A stretch of DNA of 64,000 bases from assembly GCA_040377305.1 (NCBI GenBank), contig JBEIPA010000021.1:27944-91943 (forward strand), given 5' to 3'. Made by a program: the position numbers and the translations under genes. The first letter of the stretch is position 1. Every line of letters begins with the position of its first letter. Shown in pieces: positions 48,193 to 57,286 of the stretch. Under the pieces are notes generated by a model. That model ran no database searches. It saw nothing but the letters and a program-made list of their open reading frames with translations, and had not been told where the DNA came from. The DNA is from Flavobacteriales bacterium (GTDB lineage: Bacteria; Bacteroidota; Bacteroidia; Palsa-965).

Positions 48193-49235
48193 ACAGTGAA
48201 ATTGTAATATACTTTCACGGTGTCGTTGCCTGAGGAGATTTCGTGGTCAACAGGATATTTGAATTTAGGTGCAGCAACTCCTTGGTCCAGATATTTCGGG
48301 GAACAGAACACGCGTGCTTCGTCCCACAACCCGGCGCTTATGAATTGATTCAGGATAGCAGCACCGCCCTCAACCAAAACCGATTGCAGGTTTCTGTGAT
48401 GTAGTTCCGCCATCGCATGGTGCAAAGCGTCTGATTCAAAATCGATCTTCACATACTCTGCCCATTCGGTGGTGTAATTTTTTTCGGCATTGAATACTAT
48501 CGTCGGAGCTAAGCCATCCAGAATTTTAGCAGTTGATGGAATTCGGTCACGGCGATCGAAAGTTACACGAACAGGATTCTTGCCTTCTGCCAAACGCGCC
48601 GTGAGTTGAGGATTATCAGCAAGCACTGTATTTGTTCCAACCAGAATTGCAGCTTCCTGAGTGCGCCACGTATGGGAAAGTATCAGCGATTCTTCTGAAC
48701 TGATTCCAGCGGGACCTTCGTGTCCGGCCGAACGAACGTGATCAATGAATCCGTCTTCACTTTGCGCCCACTTCAGTATAATGTAAGGTCGCTTCTTCTT
48801 CATCGATGTAATAAATCTTCGATTGAGAAACAGTGCCGCTTCTTCTTCTACGCCAATCTTCACATCAATGCCGGCGTGAAGCAATTTCGCAATTCCTTTA
48901 CCTGCAACCAGAGGGTTCGGATCCTGGCAGGCGAGAACTACGTAAGGAATCTTTTTTTCGATAATTAAGTCGGCGCAAGGTGGAGTCTTCCCATGATGCG
49001 AACAGGGTTCGAGATTCACATAAAGGGTAGCTTCCTCAAGCAAGGAGAGATTCAGCACTTTGTTGATCGCATCAACTTCCGCGTGAGGACCGCCGTACTG
49101 TTGGTGATAGCCCTCAGCTATTATCTGACCGTCGTGGACAATTACACAGCCTACCATGGGGTTGGGTGCGACGCTCCCGAAGCCTTTTTGAGCCAATTCC
49201 AGGCAACGCTTCATGTGCTTATTGTGGTCAGTCAT
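48189..49235 (-). CDS. ribD: Riboflavin biosynthesis deaminase/reductase RibD
   Basis: PNPMVGCVIV, HAEV, NLEPCSHHGKTPPC, LKWAQS.DG, VEGG. Confidence 0.97.
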   Translation of the reverse strand: MTDHNKHMKRCLELAQKGFGSVAPNPMVGCVIVHDGQIIAEGYHQQYGGPHAEVDAINKVLNLSLLEEATLYVNLEPCSHHGKTPPCADLIIEKKIPYVVLACQDPNPLVAGKGIAKLLHAGIDVKIGVEEEAALFLNRRFITSMKKKRPYIILKWAQSEDGFIDHVRSAGHEGPAGISSEESLILSHTWRTQEAAILVGTNTVLADNPQLTARLAEGKNPVRVTFDRRDRIPSTAKILDGLAPTIVFNAEKNYTTEWAEYVKIDFESDALHHAMAELHHRNLQSVLVEGGAAILNQFISAGLWDEARVFCSPKYLDQGVAAPKFKYPVDHEISSGNDTVKVYYNFTV

Positions 49236-49314
49236 CGAACAAATTTAACTCTATTACGTCTTGATGCTTTTCTATAGCGAACAGATTGTTATTTTTGGAC
49301 CACATCACCGGATT

Positions 49315-50007
49315 ATGGCAGTTTACAAGTTCAGGATTATTTTCGAAGACCACGAGGACGTTGTTCGTGAGATTGAGGTTCAGGGTAAACAAACTTTCGA
49401 AGACTTTCATCGCAGCATACAGGAGGCAATTGGGTTCGACAACTCGAAGGATGCTTCTTTCTTCATGAGTGACGATTATTGGAGAAAAGGGCAGGAAATT
49501 TCGAATGCAAAAGTAGCGCCAAATGACGACGACGACGATGATTATCGTAAGCCGAAAGTAACGCCGCCCAAAGCGATGTCGAAATCGAAGATCGCAGATT
49601 TCATTGATGACCCGCACCAGAAGATCGTATACATATTCGATCCGGTTGCGAAGTGGACTTTGTTTATTGAGCTGGTGAAGATCCTGAGCGACGATCCGAA
49701 AACGAATTATCCGCGAACCGTTAAGAGTTCTGGTACGGCCCCGAAGCAGTATAAGCAGGTAATCGCTCCACCTATCGATGAGGACGACGATGAGGAGGAC
49801 GAAGAAGATAAGAAGGCACGGGAGCGGGAGAAGCTCTTCAAGATGGAAGAAGATTATGATGCAGACGCAGCTGTAGGCGCAGAAGAAGATAAGAGTGATG
49901 ATGCACCGGTTGCTGAGGAAGAGGAAATCGATGGTGGTGACGATAGTGAAGGAGAGGATGTTGAAGACGGTGGCGACTTTGCAGAACCCGACGCGGAAGA
50001 ATTTTAA
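49315..50007 (+). CDS. pRiA4b ORF3 / IS1096-passenger TnpR-like protein with acidic tail
   Basis: VYKFRI..ED..DV.REIE....TFEDFH..I..A.GFD...ASFF.SDD.W..G.EI, IVYIFD....WT; D/E-rich C-terminus; stop overlaps the miaA start. Confidence 0.75.
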   Translation: MAVYKFRIIFEDHEDVVREIEVQGKQTFEDFHRSIQEAIGFDNSKDASFFMSDDYWRKGQEISNAKVAPNDDDDDDYRKPKVTPPKAMSKSKIADFIDDPHQKIVYIFDPVAKWTLFIELVKILSDDPKTNYPRTVKSSGTAPKQYKQVIAPPIDEDDDEEDEEDKKAREREKLFKMEEDYDADAAVGAEEDKSDDAPVAEEEEIDGGDDSEGEDVEDGGDFAEPDAEEF

Positions 50008-50903
50008 TGTCATCACCACTACTCGTAGTTGTATTAGGACCTACTGCAGTCGGCAAAACATCTGTTGCCATTCAGCTAGCCAAACATTTTCAGACTGAAA
50101 TTATCTCGGCAGATTCACGTCAGTTGTTTCGTGAATTACCGATAGGAACAGCAGCACCCTCCAAGGATGAAATGCAGGGTGTTCCGCATCATTTCATTGG
50201 TAATTTGTCTGTTTCAGAACGATGTGATGCGGGACAATGGGCTCAACAGGCGCGTGTAGTTCTCGATGAACTCTTCAGGAAACATAGCGTTGTGATTTGC
50301 GTTGGTGGCAGCGGCTTATACATCGATGCACTTCTGAACGGAATGGATGAATTGCCGGAACGTGATGATATTCTTCGCAATGAGCTTCAAACTCTTTTCC
50401 AGGAAAAGGGAATAATGGCGTTGCAGGAAAAACTTCAGTCTTTAGATCCGGAATACTACCAGGAAGTTGACATTAACAACCACAAACGACTGATTCGCGC
50501 GATTGAAGTTTGCATCTTGTCCGGCGGGAAATACTCTGAGCAACGTCTGGGTCAACAAGCGGAACTTCCGTTCCGTGTGGTGAAGATTGGTTTGGAAATG
50601 GATCGCGGGCTGTTGTACGAACGAATCAACGTACGTGTTGATCAGATGATAGCAGCAGGATTGGAGAATGAAGGTCGTTCCGTCCTTGAATATCGAAACA
50701 ACAATGCGCTTGCCACTGTGGGCTATCGCGAGATGTTTGATTACTTCGATGGCAACAGCTCATTGGAAAAAGCAATAGAACTTATCAAACAACACTCCAG
50801 AAATTATGCGAAACGGCAAGTGACGTGGTGGAGGAGAGATCTCTCTATAAAATGGTTCGCGCCAGAACAGTTTGCAGATATGATAGATTATATTTCCAAA
50901 TGA
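50007..50903 (+). CDS. miaA: tRNA dimethylallyltransferase
   Basis: GPTAVGKT, IISADSRQ, VGGSGLY, RLIRAIE, TVGYRE, RNYAKRQ.TW. Confidence 0.97.
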   Translation: MSSPLLVVVLGPTAVGKTSVAIQLAKHFQTEIISADSRQLFRELPIGTAAPSKDEMQGVPHHFIGNLSVSERCDAGQWAQQARVVLDELFRKHSVVICVGGSGLYIDALLNGMDELPERDDILRNELQTLFQEKGIMALQEKLQSLDPEYYQEVDINNHKRLIRAIEVCILSGGKYSEQRLGQQAELPFRVVKIGLEMDRGLLYERINVRVDQMIAAGLENEGRSVLEYRNNNALATVGYREMFDYFDGNSSLEKAIELIKQHSRNYAKRQVTWWRRDLSIKWFAPEQFADMIDYISK

Positions 50904-51268
50904 TGCATAAAACGTCGCTATTCGCGCGTCAGTGCCCCAATTGATATAACCCGCCATCCATTTAAATGCGGTATATTTGTCATCAGCTTGTTAATTGAAT
51001 ATCAACACTTAAGAATACCCCTTCCCCTCGTATTTAATCCCTCCTCTACACTCCGTCTATCTTTAGCTGTTGCTAGATGGTTTAATTTTCACACAGCAGG
51101 AAAAGGCTATTAATATTCCTTTAGCGTATTGATTATGTTCATTAGTGATCATTCAGCATGAAACTGAGTCGTTCATTTGAATTATGACATTATTGCTCAA
51201 CCAACTACTAACGAGGTTGAAAAGGTTTTGGAATCTATTGTATTATCTGGTAATGGAACAACCCCAAT

Positions 51269-54200
51269 ATGAAATTAGGATACTGGCTTCGCTATAAACA
51301 ATACGTCTCAGATGTTGTGTTGAGCAATGTCGACCACGATGAGCGCTCCGTTTCATATTGGCGAAGCGTCGTTTTTTGCAACATACTGACTTATCTGACC
51401 CCACTCAGTGTAATTGCATTGATTCCAAGCGTATTCATGTCCTTTCGGCACGATTTACCAGTGGTTGGGATTGCAGATCTGAGCACCTTTTTTCTTTTCG
51501 CAACCATAACATTAGTTCCAGGGATTAAGCTGGCGGTGCGAAAATCGATTTTTATTATTCTGCTTTACGGCTTATCGGTCACACTGCTTTACTTTTTGCC
51601 AATCCCCGCCCCAGGACTACTGTTTTTACTGACAGCGACCATTTTTTCATCCCTCATTTATTCTTCTTCCGCTGCCTATTATTCTGCTCTTGCGAATACC
51701 ATTTTATGTTTGTGTTTTGGGCTGTTGATTTATTTCAATGTTGAAACGCCTATTGTAGGAAGCCCTAATTTGGGTGCATGGATTGCCGTTTCTTCGAACC
51801 TTATTTTTTTGAGTTTCGCCTGCGCAAAATGTTTAGAGCTTTTACTCTCAGGTTTGATAGCTTCTATTAACAGTAACACCATTGCAGAAGGGAAAATCAA
51901 AAAGGCAAACCGGCTTTACAAATTCATCAGCCACATTAATCAAAGCATTGTTCACATAAAAGATGAACATGAGTTATTGGATAGGGCGTGTAAAATTGCA
52001 ATCGATGTGGGCCAGTTCAAGCTGGCATATATTGCGATGCTTGACGAACAAGATCAATTGAATGTAGAAAGTATCCACGATGACGCAACGGGTCCCGGAA
52101 TAATCATCAGGAAATCCAGCACGGTGCTTAGCGATTCTGTGACCACGAACGCAACTACTTTAGAGGTAATTCGAACGGGTAAGTATGTTTGCAATAATGA
52201 TTTGCAAAACGACAATGCCTTATCGAAGTTTAAGGATGAGTTTGTGCGTCTGGGAATTCACGCCAGCATTGCTTTGCCAATTTATAAGTCGGGACAGGTT
52301 GTTGGCGTTTTTAGCTTACATGCTGTGTCCAAAGGCTTTTTTGATATTGAAGAGATTAACCTGCTGCAGGAAGCCGCCAGCGATATATCATTTGCACTTG
52401 ATATTTTCGAAAAAGACAGACGCCACAAACTGTACACGCTGGACGAATTTCTGAATACACCAGCAACGGAGATGATTCATCCCGACGACTTTGCGAGTGT
52501 TATTGAAAAAGTGCAAATGATCATGCAAACTGACGGCAGCTCTTTCGATACTCAGCACCGGCTGAAACATAGAAACGGATATTATATCTGGTGCGAAGGA
52601 ACAATGACCAATTTGTTGAACGTACCACATGTGAATGCGATTGTGTCTAACTTCCGGGATATTACGGCACGAAAACAGGCCGAGGAGTTAATTATAAAAA
52701 ATGAAAACCGTTTCCGTGCCCTCATTGAGAAAAGTACAGATATAAAAATGCTTTCAACTGTTGGTGGAGAGTTTATTTATGGAAGTCCTTCTGTAACCAA
52801 TGTGTTTGGATATACCAATGAGGAGTTTTTGAATAAATCAGCATTCACTTTTTTTCATCCCAATGATCTACCCCACTTGTTTAAGAACAGAAGCGAGATC
52901 CTTGAAGTTGCTGGCGCATCATTTTCATTTCAATACCGCTTATTGCATAAAAATGGTAGCTGGATATGGTGCGAGGGAACGCTAACTAACTTGCTTCATG
53001 AACCAGGAATAAATGCACTTGTTTCTAATTTTAAGGATATTACAAAAAGTAGGCAAGCGGAGCAAGAAGCAAAGGAACTTACAAATCGTTTGCATCTGGC
53101 AACGAGCAGTGCGGGTATGGGTATTTGGGCTTGGAATATCCCGGACAATACACTTCACTGGGATGAAAGGATGTACGGTCTTTACCGTATTGCAGAGAAG
53201 GAGGTTAGTTCAATTTATGAAGGCTGGGTGTCGAGATTGCATGAAGATGATAGTGTCAAGGTAGCCCGGGATATCCAAAATGCGATTAATGGAACAACGG
53301 ATTATAATACAGAGTTTAGAATTGTTTTGGATGATTCAACGGTGCGTCATATCAAAGCCACGGGGATTCTTGAGCGAGATGCCGAGGGGAATGCCGTTCG
53401 TTTGATCGGAGCAAATTGGGATATTACCGAGATGCGTGAGAAGGAAGAACAAATCCGGCGCAGTGAAATATTTAACCGCGGACTTATCAATTCTATTACA
53501 GCGCACATAGCAGTTCTGAACGATCAAGGAACTATTGTAGCTGTGAATAGTGCATGGGAACAATTCGGTTTTGCGAATGGGGCAGCAACACTTGAACGCA
53601 TTGGAGTTGGAGCAAATTATTTTAAGACCTGCGAAAAGGCAATCGAGGTCGGGGATGTTCTGGCAGCTGACGTGTTGCAAGGAATGCGTGATGTATTAAA
53701 TGAAAGGCAACAGGTATTTTATCTGGAATATCCGTGTCATTCACCGACGGAGAATAGATGGTTCGGAATTAGAGTCATGAAGTTTGAAGGGAAGGAACGT
53801 TTGATTATTGCGTTGCATACAGACGTTACGGATAGGAAAATGGAAGAACAGGAAAAGGAGAGAATATCTTCTGATCTAATTCAGCGTAATAAGAACTTAG
53901 AACAGTTCTCGTATATCGTTTCGCACAACTTAAGGGCTCCGGTGGCTAATATTCTTGGCCTTACTGAATTGCTTCAGCTCACTGATTCAAAGCCCGGCCT
54001 TGATCTTGATGCTACGAAGGCTTTATCTGCGGCTGCACATAACCTGGATAAAGTAATGAAGGATCTGAATGAGATACTACAAGTAAGGATGCTCGTTTCA
54101 GAGGCTAAAGAGGAGCTGTATTTTCAGGGGTTGGTCGATGATATTTTACTCAGCGTAGATCATATAGTTCAGAAGGAGGGTGCGATTATTCATACCAACT

Positions 54201-54565
54201 TTAAGAACATTGACAGCATGTTATCCGTAAAAAGTTATCTGTACAGTATTTTTTACAACCTGATCATTAACAGTATCAAGTTCCATAAGCCGGGTGTCCC
54301 ACCAATTATTGATATCGAAAGTATGCTTACACCAAATGGAATACAGTTGACTTTTAAAGACAACGGCATGGGGATTGACTTAGAACGCAACCAAAAGAAT
54401 GTCTTCGGACTTTACAAGCGTTTTCACCACCATGTGGAAGGCAAAGGGATGGGAATGTTTATGGTGAAAACGCAGGTGGAAGCTCTGGGTGGTCAGATAT
54501 CAGTTTCGAGTGAAGTGAATAGAGGTACGGAATTTACAATTGAATTCAGCAAGGAGTTACGATGA
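51269..54565 (+). CDS. Membrane sensor kinase: multi-TM, GAF, 4 PAS (first truncated), HisKA-HATPase
   Basis: Hydrophobic N-terminal ~190 aa; SHNLRAP H box; NLIINSIKF; DNGMG; GMGMF. Confidence 0.92.
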   Translation: MKLGYWLRYKQYVSDVVLSNVDHDERSVSYWRSVVFCNILTYLTPLSVIALIPSVFMSFRHDLPVVGIADLSTFFLFATITLVPGIKLAVRKSIFIILLYGLSVTLLYFLPIPAPGLLFLLTATIFSSLIYSSSAAYYSALANTILCLCFGLLIYFNVETPIVGSPNLGAWIAVSSNLIFLSFACAKCLELLLSGLIASINSNTIAEGKIKKANRLYKFISHINQSIVHIKDEHELLDRACKIAIDVGQFKLAYIAMLDEQDQLNVESIHDDATGPGIIIRKSSTVLSDSVTTNATTLEVIRTGKYVCNNDLQNDNALSKFKDEFVRLGIHASIALPIYKSGQVVGVFSLHAVSKGFFDIEEINLLQEAASDISFALDIFEKDRRHKLYTLDEFLNTPATEMIHPDDFASVIEKVQMIMQTDGSSFDTQHRLKHRNGYYIWCEGTMTNLLNVPHVNAIVSNFRDITARKQAEELIIKNENRFRALIEKSTDIKMLSTVGGEFIYGSPSVTNVFGYTNEEFLNKSAFTFFHPNDLPHLFKNRSEILEVAGASFSFQYRLLHKNGSWIWCEGTLTNLLHEPGINALVSNFKDITKSRQAEQEAKELTNRLHLATSSAGMGIWAWNIPDNTLHWDERMYGLYRIAEKEVSSIYEGWVSRLHEDDSVKVARDIQNAINGTTDYNTEFRIVLDDSTVRHIKATGILERDAEGNAVRLIGANWDITEMREKEEQIRRSEIFNRGLINSITAHIAVLNDQGTIVAVNSAWEQFGFANGAATLERIGVGANYFKTCEKAIEVGDVLAADVLQGMRDVLNERQQVFYLEYPCHSPTENRWFGIRVMKFEGKERLIIALHTDVTDRKMEEQEKERISSDLIQRNKNLEQFSYIVSHNLRAPVANILGLTELLQLTDSKPGLDLDATKALSAAAHNLDKVMKDLNEILQVRMLVSEAKEELYFQGLVDDILLSVDHIVQKEGAIIHTNFKNIDSMLSVKSYLYSIFYNLIINSIKFHKPGVPPIIDIESMLTPNGIQLTFKDNGMGIDLERNQKNVFGLYKRFHHHVEGKGMGMFMVKTQVEALGGQISVSSEVNRGTEFTIEFSKELR

Positions 54566-54966
54566 GGGAAGACGATTATCATATAATACTAGATGACGAT
54601 AGCACATCAATTATGCTTGAGTCCGCAATCTTGAGACTAACACTTGGTAACACCATCAGGCTGCACAGTTTTGGGCTTCCCCGGAAATGCATAGACTTTC
54701 TGGCGAATGATATAGAACGTGGTAAACAAACACGAAAATTTCTTTTCCTGGATATTAATATGCCCGACATGTCAGGCTGGGAGGTACTGGCTTCAATACA
54801 GGAAATGAGCGACAGTGTAAAAAGTAATTTAACAGTTTATATGTTGTCGTCTTCTATTGACGCTCGTGATAAGGAGCGTGCCGCCCGACACCCTTTAGTG
54901 ACCGGTTTTATTGAAAAGCCGTTAACTATTGAGAAGGTTCAGGCTATTTTTGAGGAGAAGAATTGA
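54562..54966 (+). CDS. Single-domain response regulator
   Basis: ILDDD...FLDINMPDMSG...MLSSS...EKPL; ATGA overlap with the kinase stop. Confidence 0.9.
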   Translation: MREDDYHIILDDDSTSIMLESAILRLTLGNTIRLHSFGLPRKCIDFLANDIERGKQTRKFLFLDINMPDMSGWEVLASIQEMSDSVKSNLTVYMLSSSIDARDKERAARHPLVTGFIEKPLTIEKVQAIFEEKN

Positions 54967-54986
54967 AATACTTTCCTTCGCGAATT

Positions 54987-55382
54987 TCATTCAAACGACT
55001 TCCGTCGTAACGACTTCTTTTCCGAAAGCTTCTTCTTGTTATCAACCCGTTTCTTCTTTGCGGCCTTTGACACTTTCACCGCGATTCGCTTCTTTGGTTT
55101 CTTGAGAGCTTGCTCAATCAACGCGTAAAGTTTCTTGATAATAGCTTCGCGGTTGGCGTGTTGGCTTCTGGACGTATCTTCTGTAATCCGAAGAATTCCT
55201 TCTTCCGTGATTTTCGTTCTTAGTTTTTGCAGAACCAGCGTCTTTTGTTCATCGGAAAGTGCTGAACTCTTCACCACATCGAAATACAATTCCACGCGGG
55301 TCGACACCTTATTTACGTGCTGACCGCCTGCACCGCCCGAGCGAACGGCTACAATTTTATATTCACTTGCTGGAATTTTCAT
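54987..55382 (-). CDS. arfB: Alternative ribosome rescue peptidyl-tRNA hydrolase ArfB
   Basis: RSGGAGGQHVNKV, RSQHANR, basic C-terminal tail. Confidence 0.94.
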   Translation of the reverse strand: MKIPASEYKIVAVRSGGAGGQHVNKVSTRVELYFDVVKSSALSDEQKTLVLQKLRTKITEEGILRITEDTSRSQHANREAIIKKLYALIEQALKKPKKRIAVKVSKAAKKKRVDNKKKLSEKKSLRRKSFE

Positions 55383-55431
55383 CCGGATAATTATCGGCAC
55401 AAATTTAGCCCAAGTTTCGCTATATTTATTC

Positions 55432-55866
55432 ATGCGTTCGCTGATCGTCGTACTTCTGTGTTTTGGCCTGAACATTGCTTTGTTTGGTCAGGGGCAGACG
55501 CGGACGACGAAAAAGATCACCAGGAACTTTTATGGAAACGGAAATGTAAAGTCGATTGCCGAAACGTCAACAACTTTACCGCTTTATATCGACCCACTGA
55601 ACTTCTACAAGAAGACCAAAGTATGCGTCATTGAATTTGATTCTGTCAGCACGAATAGAACCAAAGAGTGGACCCGTATTTTTAAGATTGGTAAAGACGG
55701 GAAACCGTGTCATGAAATATTCTATGAGGAAATTACCTATGATAAGTTTGGTAATCGGATTTCATACATGAAGTCGCGATGTGACAAACGCAAATCGAAG
55801 TACAAGCAGTATAAGAACGGGCAAGTAGATTTCATCCAGGTGGTGAAGCGCAGAAAGAGACAATGA
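55432..55866 (+). CDS. Hypothetical exported basic protein
   Basis: Signal-peptide-like N-terminus; overlaps the amidase start. Confidence 0.7.
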   Translation: MRSLIVVLLCFGLNIALFGQGQTRTTKKITRNFYGNGNVKSIAETSTTLPLYIDPLNFYKKTKVCVIEFDSVSTNRTKEWTRIFKIGKDGKPCHEIFYEEITYDKFGNRISYMKSRCDKRKSKYKQYKNGQVDFIQVVKRRKRQ

Positions 55867-57209
55867 AGATCAAATTACTAATAGCAGGAATATTCCTCAC
55901 ACAATTTGGGTTTGCGCAAATGCCGATTTACGGTGCCGACTCACTCCGAAGACATTATCAGGCGAAAGCCGAAGAGCTAATGGTTGGTGATTCTTCCTTG
56001 TACAAACTTTTTGACATTGATATTTACGGAATCAAAGTGCATAGCCGGAATGACGGTAAAGTTCCGGAGTCAAAAACCACGGAGTTTGTTGTACACTGGT
56101 CGGAACTGAATACATACAAGAATGTGATGGCGTTTGAAACAAGGGAGAGTGCGGTCGTTATCATGCTTGAAAAAGGAAGCAGAGGATTTTCTCCTGCGAT
56201 TCAAAAGCAATACGGGAATGGATTGATCGCAAAGGCCGGATTTGTATTCCGAACACCTTTGAAACCCTTGGCCGGAATGAAAATTGCTATTGATCCGGGT
56301 CATATTGCGAACGACACTGCAACCGGACGGCTTGAGCAAAAATTCATTAAGATGAATGTTCCGGCGCTCCATGAAACGGTGGATTCAGTTCCGATCAATT
56401 TTGCTGAAGGGCAACTCACCTGGCAAACGGCAAACCTTCTTGCTTACAAACTTCGTAATGCGGGAGCGGAAGTAATCTTCACGCATACTGCAGGCATGAC
56501 TGCTTTTGGAAAAACCTTTGAGCAATGGAAGAAGGACGATTACAAACGAACCTTGGATTCTATGCTGCTTGCCGATCCATCGAATCAGAATCTGAAAGAC
56601 CTCAAGAGCGGGAAGATGAAGGAGGACCGATCGATTTTCCGTTTCGTGTTTAAGGATGCTGAGTTGAGAAAACGTTCAGGAATCATCAATGCGTTCGGAC
56701 CGCATCTTACTGTTGTCATTCACTACAACGTGGATGAAACGAATGCACCCTGGAGCAAACCAACCACAAAGAACTACTGTATGTTATTTGTTCCCGGAAG
56801 CTTTGAAGCGAATGAACTGGCAACAACAGAAGATCGTTTTGATTTTCTCCGCCTACTATTGCTCAATGACGTTGAACAGAGTATTGAAGTGAGCAGCTTT
56901 GTTGGCATGCAGTTCAAAGAGAAACTGGATGTTCCGCTCGCGGGTCCTTCTGATGCAACTTACCTGAGCACGAGTTGTAAGAAGGCATATAAGCAAGGTG
57001 TTTTCGCCCGCAATTTGTCAATGACGCGATTAGTACACGGTCCGATAGTTTACGGTGAAACACTTTATCAGGATAATATCAACGAAGGACGAATGCTTGC
57101 GGACATGAACGTGACCGAAATGCAGACGAAGATGACTACTTCCAAGCGGGTAATGCAGGTGGCGGAAGCGTATTACGAAGGGATTTTGCAGTGGTCATAT
57201 ACTAAATAG
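55863..57209 (+). CDS. N-acetylmuramoyl-L-alanine amidase (Amidase_3-like)
   Basis: KIAIDPGH, downstream EG Zn ligand, VIHYN, and GET catalytic Glu region. Confidence 0.8.
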   Translation: MKIKLLIAGIFLTQFGFAQMPIYGADSLRRHYQAKAEELMVGDSSLYKLFDIDIYGIKVHSRNDGKVPESKTTEFVVHWSELNTYKNVMAFETRESAVVIMLEKGSRGFSPAIQKQYGNGLIAKAGFVFRTPLKPLAGMKIAIDPGHIANDTATGRLEQKFIKMNVPALHETVDSVPINFAEGQLTWQTANLLAYKLRNAGAEVIFTHTAGMTAFGKTFEQWKKDDYKRTLDSMLLADPSNQNLKDLKSGKMKEDRSIFRFVFKDAELRKRSGIINAFGPHLTVVIHYNVDETNAPWSKPTTKNYCMLFVPGSFEANELATTEDRFDFLRLLLLNDVEQSIEVSSFVGMQFKEKLDVPLAGPSDATYLSTSCKKAYKQGVFARNLSMTRLVHGPIVYGETLYQDNINEGRMLADMNVTEMQTKMTTSKRVMQVAEAYYEGILQWSYTK

Positions 57210-57212
57210 TAC

Positions 57213-57247
57213 GCGGATTGGGCGGATTAAGCGGATGTTCGCGGATT
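57213..57247. repeat. Nonamer array GCGGATxxx x4
   Basis: Immediately after the amidase stop codon. Confidence 0.6.
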
Positions 57248-57286
57248 TCCCAAGTCAATTCTTATATTGCATAGTTGAATTTCCCA

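Noticed and set aside
49315-50007. Insertion sequence suggested by the TnpR-like family name
   Set aside because: No transposase, terminal repeats or target duplication; the gene is coupled to miaA like a resident gene.
49228-50019. 263-aa antisense ORF
   Set aside because: Shadow of the GAY/GAR-rich acidic gene on the + strand; no recognisable motifs.
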